NCBI RefSeq assembly: GCF_006345805.1
Contig: NC_043007.1
Location: 48,856,001 to 48,920,000, forward strand
DNA length: 64,000 nt
Direction of reading: 5' to 3'
From: Octopus sinensis
Taxonomy: Eukaryota
Positions 39,774 through 64,000 of the stretch are shown here, piece by piece; within the stretch, counting starts at the first letter, position 1; each line of letters starts with the position of its first letter. Below the pieces are notes generated by a model that was not told where the DNA came from, ran no database searches, and saw only the letters and a list, made by a program, of their open reading frames with translations. Made by a program: the position numbers and the translations under genes.

Positions 39774-40565
39774 TATATATATGTATATATATATATATAT
39801 AATATATATATATATATTATATATATGTATATGTATATATACATATGTGTATATATACCTCCAAGGAGGTATATAAATAGATAGATAGATAAACACACAT
39901 TTGTGTGTGTGTGTGTGTGTTTTCTAACACCACTTAACAACCAGTCTTTGTTTGTTTACATTCCTCCAATTTAGCAGGCTTTAAAAATAAGTCCTGGGAG
40001 CAATTCATTTAATTAAAACCATTCAAAGTGATGCTCCAGCATGGACACAGCCCAGTGACTGAAACAAGTTTAAAAAAAGGTTTACATGTGATTGAGTGCG
40101 TTTGAGAGAATTAAAGACAACTCACAATACAAGGTTAAAAAAAAATATTCAGAAATTTGTTGAAAAATATAAAATGTTTTTTTATGCCAAGTTTTTCAGT
40201 TTCCAAACTTGTTTTCATTAAATTTCCCTTCATTTATAAGTATCAAAACCTCTTTTTTCTACGTTTTATGTATTTTATTTTTTTGCCTGATTCTTGATGT
40301 TAAAATCGTGTGTTGAAATATCTAATAACAAAGCTAAAATGAAAATCAATAAAATATTGTTTGTGTTTATTGGCAAAATGACCGTCCCATAAGAATATTG
40401 TTTTCTTTGTGCATTATGCAGTAAATCTGAGGCTTTAATTCTACATAAATTAATCAGCCAAAATATTACTAAATATTAATGGTTTAGTATAATACTCTCC
40501 CCGAATAAGTGACTTATTCATTTACAACACTATTAGAATAAATAAATAATAAAAAAGAAAAAAAC

Positions 40566-40638
40566 AGGTTCTAGCGAGGTTCGAACTCGCGACCTTCTGC
40601 GTGTAAAGCAGACGTGATAACCACTACACCATAGAACC
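40566..40638 (-). tRNA. tRNA-Val (anticodon TAC)
   Basis: Reverse complement GGTTCTATGGTGTAGTGGTTATCACGTCTGCTTTACACGCAGAAGGTCGCGAGTTCGAACCTCGCTAGAACCT, with an oligo-T terminator immediately downstream. Confidence 0.95.
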
Positions 40639-41149
40639 AACAGATACCTTATTTTTTGAAATAAGTAATAGATGTTAAATTTACGAATGGCAGTTTGTCG
40701 TATTGCACAGAACTAAATATTTAGAGATTTAATTTGAGTTATTTTACACGAGATTGCCAGTGGAATGACTGACGTTTAATAACAAAAGTGAAGTGCAACT
40801 GAATTAAAAATTCTCAGGACTATCTCCACAACTTCACTTTATAGTATAGCTACATATTGTATAAGTCAAATATGATTACATTGTTTATCTCATGTATTTC
40901 TATCTCTATCTATGTTATTAATGCACCTGAGAAAGACACAAATGTCATTAAATGTAAAAAATACTTTCTCTAAAAGAAATACATGGAAGAAACGGTGTGT
41001 CGCGATTACATATGGTAGGAATAGTCTATGTGTTGTGGTTACATACGAGTCATTCTTTAATGTCACAGTCACTGAAAAATGAAACTAAGATGTAAAGTAG
41101 ATTAAAATATATCAATAAATAAATTATTAAATTAAATTGAGTGGTCACT

Positions 41150-41286
41150 AAATTACGTGTCTTTTTCAGCCACTAACATAGGAATTAAATATACAGTGAA
41201 AGTACTCATAATGACACCGTCTAGTCATGTGACATAACACCGTTTCTTGCTGACGATCCACCTAGAAGATTTGCTGACAAGTATGT
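41150..41286 (+). promoter_or_regulatory. Putative SRP54 promoter and non-coding first exon
   Basis: Repeat-free, relatively CpG-containing stretch with an E-box-like GTCATGTGAC (41224-41233) and a donor AA|GTATGT at 41280/41281. The ATG exon has its own acceptor at 45745, so an upstream exon must exist. Confidence 0.45.
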
Positions 41287-42015
41287 TACCTTTTCTAAAC
41301 TGTTATTTATGTTGTATGTCTAACAAAACATTGTATTAGATGTTGTTGACACTTTACATAAGTATTTATACGTGATACAGTTCATAGCTAACATCAGCTT
41401 CAAACTACTGTTTTAATGTAACATATTGTTGTATATAACGTAATACTTGTTATCTACGGATATATATATATATAAAGCTGTGTTGCGTTGGTGAACAGGT
41501 GTTAAAAATGTGATGAAATTTTTTGGTACTTTTTATTTACAGCAGTATTAAGAAATAAACGAAAGTGACTTGTATAACAGTTTTCCCGTGTTGTTAAATG
41601 ACTAACACGGTTCTTCCGCAGTGTAATTATTTTAGTTTCAATATTTGATCGCTGATCAAGTTAGATGTCAAACACGACAATTCTGATATATATATATGTA
41701 AAAGTGTGTGTAGATATGTTTATTATAAAATTCGACAGTCTACTCCGAGTTTTACTCCACTCTATTCGTAACTGTTATAAATAGTTTATTATCTGACGTA
41801 AACTCAAATTTTGGTATAATAATAATATACACATCTACACACTTTACCCAACGTATTGAGTTCTGTTTGTACTGTGTAAAATATATTTTTGTACTTTATA
41901 ACTCTTCCATTATGATATATATATATATGTGTTTTCATCTACCAAGAATCGTTCCACTGGTAGTCTGTTAGTTCCCTTCTCAGTCTCCTTGCATAAATGG
42001 CTATTCACACGCATA

Positions 42016-42066
<51 letters not shown>

Positions 42067-43549
42067 CAAGATTATGAAACAGTTGCAAACAAATGGAATA
42101 AATTGCTACTCTCTCACTTTACTGTATCCATCTATCTATCTTTCTTGTAACGTCCGTATTCTATGCTAGCATTCTTTCAACGGTTTGACAGGAGCTGACA
42201 AAGCTGGGAGCCACACCAAGTCCCATTGTCTGTTTTGGAATGGTTTCTACTGCTAGATGCTCTTTCTAGTGCTAACCATTTTATAGAGTGTACTTGGTGC
42301 TTTTTATGTGACACCATCACCGATAGGGTCACCAAGTACTTTGCAAATCAAAAAGGACAGCAAATATATATATATATATATATCATGTCGATGCCAGTGC
42401 CCCCCCAACTGGTTCCCGTGCCAGTGGCATGTAAAAAGCATCATCTAAACGTGGTTGATGCCAGTGCTGGTGGTAAGTAATAAGCATCCACTACACTTGG
42501 AGTGGTTGGTGTTAGGAAGGTGCAGCCTACTGGCTTGCCAGTCCTCAGTCAAACCATCAAACCCACGTCATCATGGAAAATGGACATTAAACGACGATGA
42601 TGATATCAATATCATCATTGTCATTTAACATCCATGTTCCATGGTTTGATAGGATCTGATGGGTTAAGAGACTACATTGTGTTCCTCTGTCTACTTTGGC
42701 TTGGTTTATGTGGCTTGATGCCCTTCCTAATGCCACTCACTTTATGGCATGTACTGGATGCTTTTTCATTATACCAACACTATTGATGCAGCTTGAGAGA
42801 TGTGGCTTTATGCTAGGAGATGAGGGCTTAAAGTATGAAAGAGGAGACCAGAGCAGAACAGGTTTCTTTTCGTTAGAGGAGTGATGTGGCTACTTACATT
42901 TTAAAAGAGAGGAAGTGATTGAAGTGGTGCATGGAAGAGATAAAAATTGCAGTGATGAGGCATCTGTGTGGACTCTCAAGATACCAGGTGGGTAGAGGTG
43001 AATGAAAACAGAACTGGGAGTATTGATGGGTAGAGATTGCTAGAATGTATGGGAGAGTGAGAGATGGGGAATGAGTGCAACAATGAATATTATGAATGAA
43101 AAACAAGTGTTGAGTGGAATGGTAGGGAAGAGTAGGTGACAACTGTAGAGATTGGGCTGGATTGAGCAGTGGATGTAGTGAATGCTTGACTAGGGGTGGG
43201 GTGGCCAATGATGTATGGAGGCAAAGAGTAACAGAATGGTAATGGTGAGACAGTAGACAGAGAAAGGATGGAAGAGAGAGAGAGAGAGAGAGATGACAAG
43301 TGATTGAGTAGGTTGCAAGAGTGTAGAAAGGGGAGAGAAAGACACTGGGTAGAATGAGAAATGTATGGTTGTGTAGAATGTGAGATAATTTGGTGGCTTG
43401 GATGGGAGACAAGTAAAATATTGATGGAGAGGACAGGATGAAGGATGGATATCAAATGAAATGGTTCCAGGTAGTGGGAAAAATTAATGGTAGCAAAGAA
43501 AAACTACTGATAGAGAGATGAAAGGTGGTGAAGGATTTCACCATGTAGT

Positions 43550-44340
43550 AATGCTGGCCGTCTTCTGGGCATCCATTTAACCTGATCCTGTTGCTAACTA
43601 CTAATCTATGTTGTGGGGTACATTCTTTGCCTAGGAAGGTTTTGGCATTTATAAGTAGCCATCTTTCCTGTTTCCTGGCAAGGATGTAATCAATTTGACT
43701 AGTGTGTCCACCAGATTGGTAGGTGAATAGTTGGCTGGCAGGTTTCCTGAAATTAATGTTACAAACCATTAGATCATTTGCGTTGCAGAACTCTAGCAGC
43801 CTGGTTCCCTCTTCACTGCGGGAACCAAACTCATAGCCTCCATGTACGCCATGGAAGCTCCTCGTCAGTCATCAATGAGGTATTCTGCGAGAGGGTGTCA
43901 TAAAATCAGGCTTTCTGTTCATTAGGTAACCCTGGCAGAGGGGCATAGGCCGAGGTAATGGTTGCTAAACCACGTTGCAGCATTAATCTAATCTCAAGTA
44001 TTCTGTCACAAATTTCAACTACCTCGATTACCTTATCAACCCATTTCTCCACAAGAAGTATACCCACACTCCCGACCCTGTCAGTGTTCCCTGCCCAGAA
44101 AATCTTATACCTATGTTCTTTGCCTGTGAGGAAACTAGCTGAACTTCCTCTCCAACTTACTTTTTGGATGCAGCACAAATCTACACGTCTCCATTTAAGC
44201 ATCTCAACAATCTCACTAGACCTACCTTTCAGTGTGCCAACGTTAAGTGTACCAACCCTTAGGGTATGGGAGGTGTGGACCCGTGAGACCCTGGGATGGG
44301 GGACAGCAGCATCATGTACCTGAAAAGAAAGCTTGCATTT
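43550..44340 (-). mobile_element. RTE LINE apurinic-endonuclease region, degraded
   Basis: LRVGTLNVGTLKG, DLCCIQ, SAYAP, FTYQSGGHTSQIDYIL, PQHRLVV. Confidence 0.88.
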
Positions 44341-45174
44341 GGCAGAACTCATAAACATACAATAGCCTTCAACCTGCATATACTACGCCATCATTTTTTA
44401 TGCGCTACATAGTCACCACATTACATAGGAGATAAACCCTAAGTAGGGATGGGGAACATTAAACCTTTGAAGGTGTTCATAGGAGAAATATCCGATAAAA
44501 GTCAGGGGATAGAGACTTCCGGTACAGGTGGAGGGTGTGGGAAGGGCTGGCGCACCATGAAACAGCAAAAACTCAGGCTGCCGATGTGAGAGAATATTAA
44601 TGATATTAATGAGATAGGACAGGGCATTTGAATTCTTAACTAGAACATAACCAAGAGTTTTTGGTCAGCCAAACTGTGACAAAATTAGATCAATGAAGGA
44701 ATAAATGACAATGATGATAATAGTAAATGAGTGTGAAAGAGGGGGAGCTTGATCGAGTGAAGGGATCTTAAGTTTTTTCTCTAAACATACTGCATGGAAG
44801 ACGAAACTGTGTCTACATAGATAGATAATGAAATAAATAGAATGATGAAATGAAATAAGAAGGTAATTATGATCTGTGCTGAAAAGGAGAGGTTTAGATG
44901 TGTGCTAGTTGAAAAACGAGGTCTCTTATCTGCACATCTGGTATTCTAATCCATTTGGTGAGGTGTTAAATATGAAGTAGGGGAATCTGAATGAGCTAAT
45001 TTATATAGGGTATAGTGTTGGATGAAACAAGTGGTTATCAAAACAGAGAGAGAGATAGAGACCAGAGTTAGGCTGGTCAAAGACAGAGCATGATGAGATG
45101 GAAGTTTTTGAGATTTAGGGTAAGATAATTGAAATGAATAGAAAGTGGACATTAAATGACGACGTCGATGATGA

Positions 45175-45584
45175 TGGGGCTCAGATGATAAGCATAAGCC
45201 AGTGTCAGCAGTGGTTTCAGAAATTCCAAGTTGGAAACTACAGCCTAAAAGACAAACCTTGTCCTGGAAGATCTGTAGAGCCCAACAAGGATGTCTTGCA
45301 AACCCAGCATTAATATTCCTTGCACTTTCTCTTATGTTGCTGCCTTTATTGAACTCATAAAGCAAAATATGCCAAATATGCTCCTTTTTCACTTCCTTTA
45401 TAGCTTTGAAAAAATAACTTAAAATCGAAGTGCACTATTCAGAACTTGCACTAAGAATGAGTACAAGGTAAAATTACTACCTGCTTTTATAGCATGTTGA
45501 TGCAGGTAGTTTATCCTGTCCCTCTCCAACTTTTAGTTCACGCAATTGAAAAAAAACTGCATTATTTATAGGATGGCCCAATAT
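45175..45584 (-). mobile_element. Mariner 5' fragment with internal inversion
   Basis: KKEHIWHILLYEFNKG..ESARNINA on the - strand; its continuation QCQQWFQKF..GNYSLKD.P.PGRS on the + strand; TIR-like end at ~45560-45584. Confidence 0.8.
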
Positions 45585-45802
45585 ATGTATGAGCGTGTGT
45601 CATTGTGTCTGTGTTTGTCTTGCACCACTACTTGACAACATGATCATTTTCATCATCCTGTTGTGTTGTTTTCACTCTTATCCTTTCCACCTGCTCTCAT
45701 TGTCATCTACATTCAAACTGTTCCTTTTTTAACTCTCTATTGCAGGTATTCAACATATTCTGGGGTTTATACTGCTACAGAAATTGTCTTTACTTGTTTT
45801 AA

Positions 45803-63826
<18,024 letters not shown>

Positions 63827-64000
63827 TAAGTTGACACAATCTTCTTTTTATTTATACTTTATATGTTTTTTATTTAGTATGGCCAATCATTAATGTTGAT
63901 ATAATTAATATCATTCATTTGTCTTACATCTGTTTTCATAATATGGGATGAATGAATACTTACTGTGACATTGTTTTACTGCTGGATATCCTTTCCAACA

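Overview
AT-rich, microsatellite- and transposon-dense animal DNA. The SINE/RTE repertoire suggests an octopus/cephalopod genome (inference). Host genes: a complete 3-exon TTC9C-like TPR gene (- strand, 22436-26793), the first 8 coding exons of SRP54 (+ strand, 45821-63825, continuing past the window) and two tRNA-Val(TAC) genes. The rest is mobile DNA: R4/Dong, CR1, RTE and CRE LINE remnants, a Penelope (RT + GIY-YIG) remnant, Tc1/mariner, hAT and piggyBac-type elements, a probable LTR+PBS and many SINEs. The most striking signal is five unrelated non-coding fold-back palindromes (about 0.3-5 kb). Each carries a minimal type-I hammerhead ribozyme motif with a palindromic stem III near the outer end of both arms. 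They include a G3-C8 core-swapped variant, a ~5 kb palindrome and a copy inside an SRP54 intron. They look like non-autonomous Penelope pseudo-LTR derivatives. All calls were made by eye, with no database searches or folding programs.
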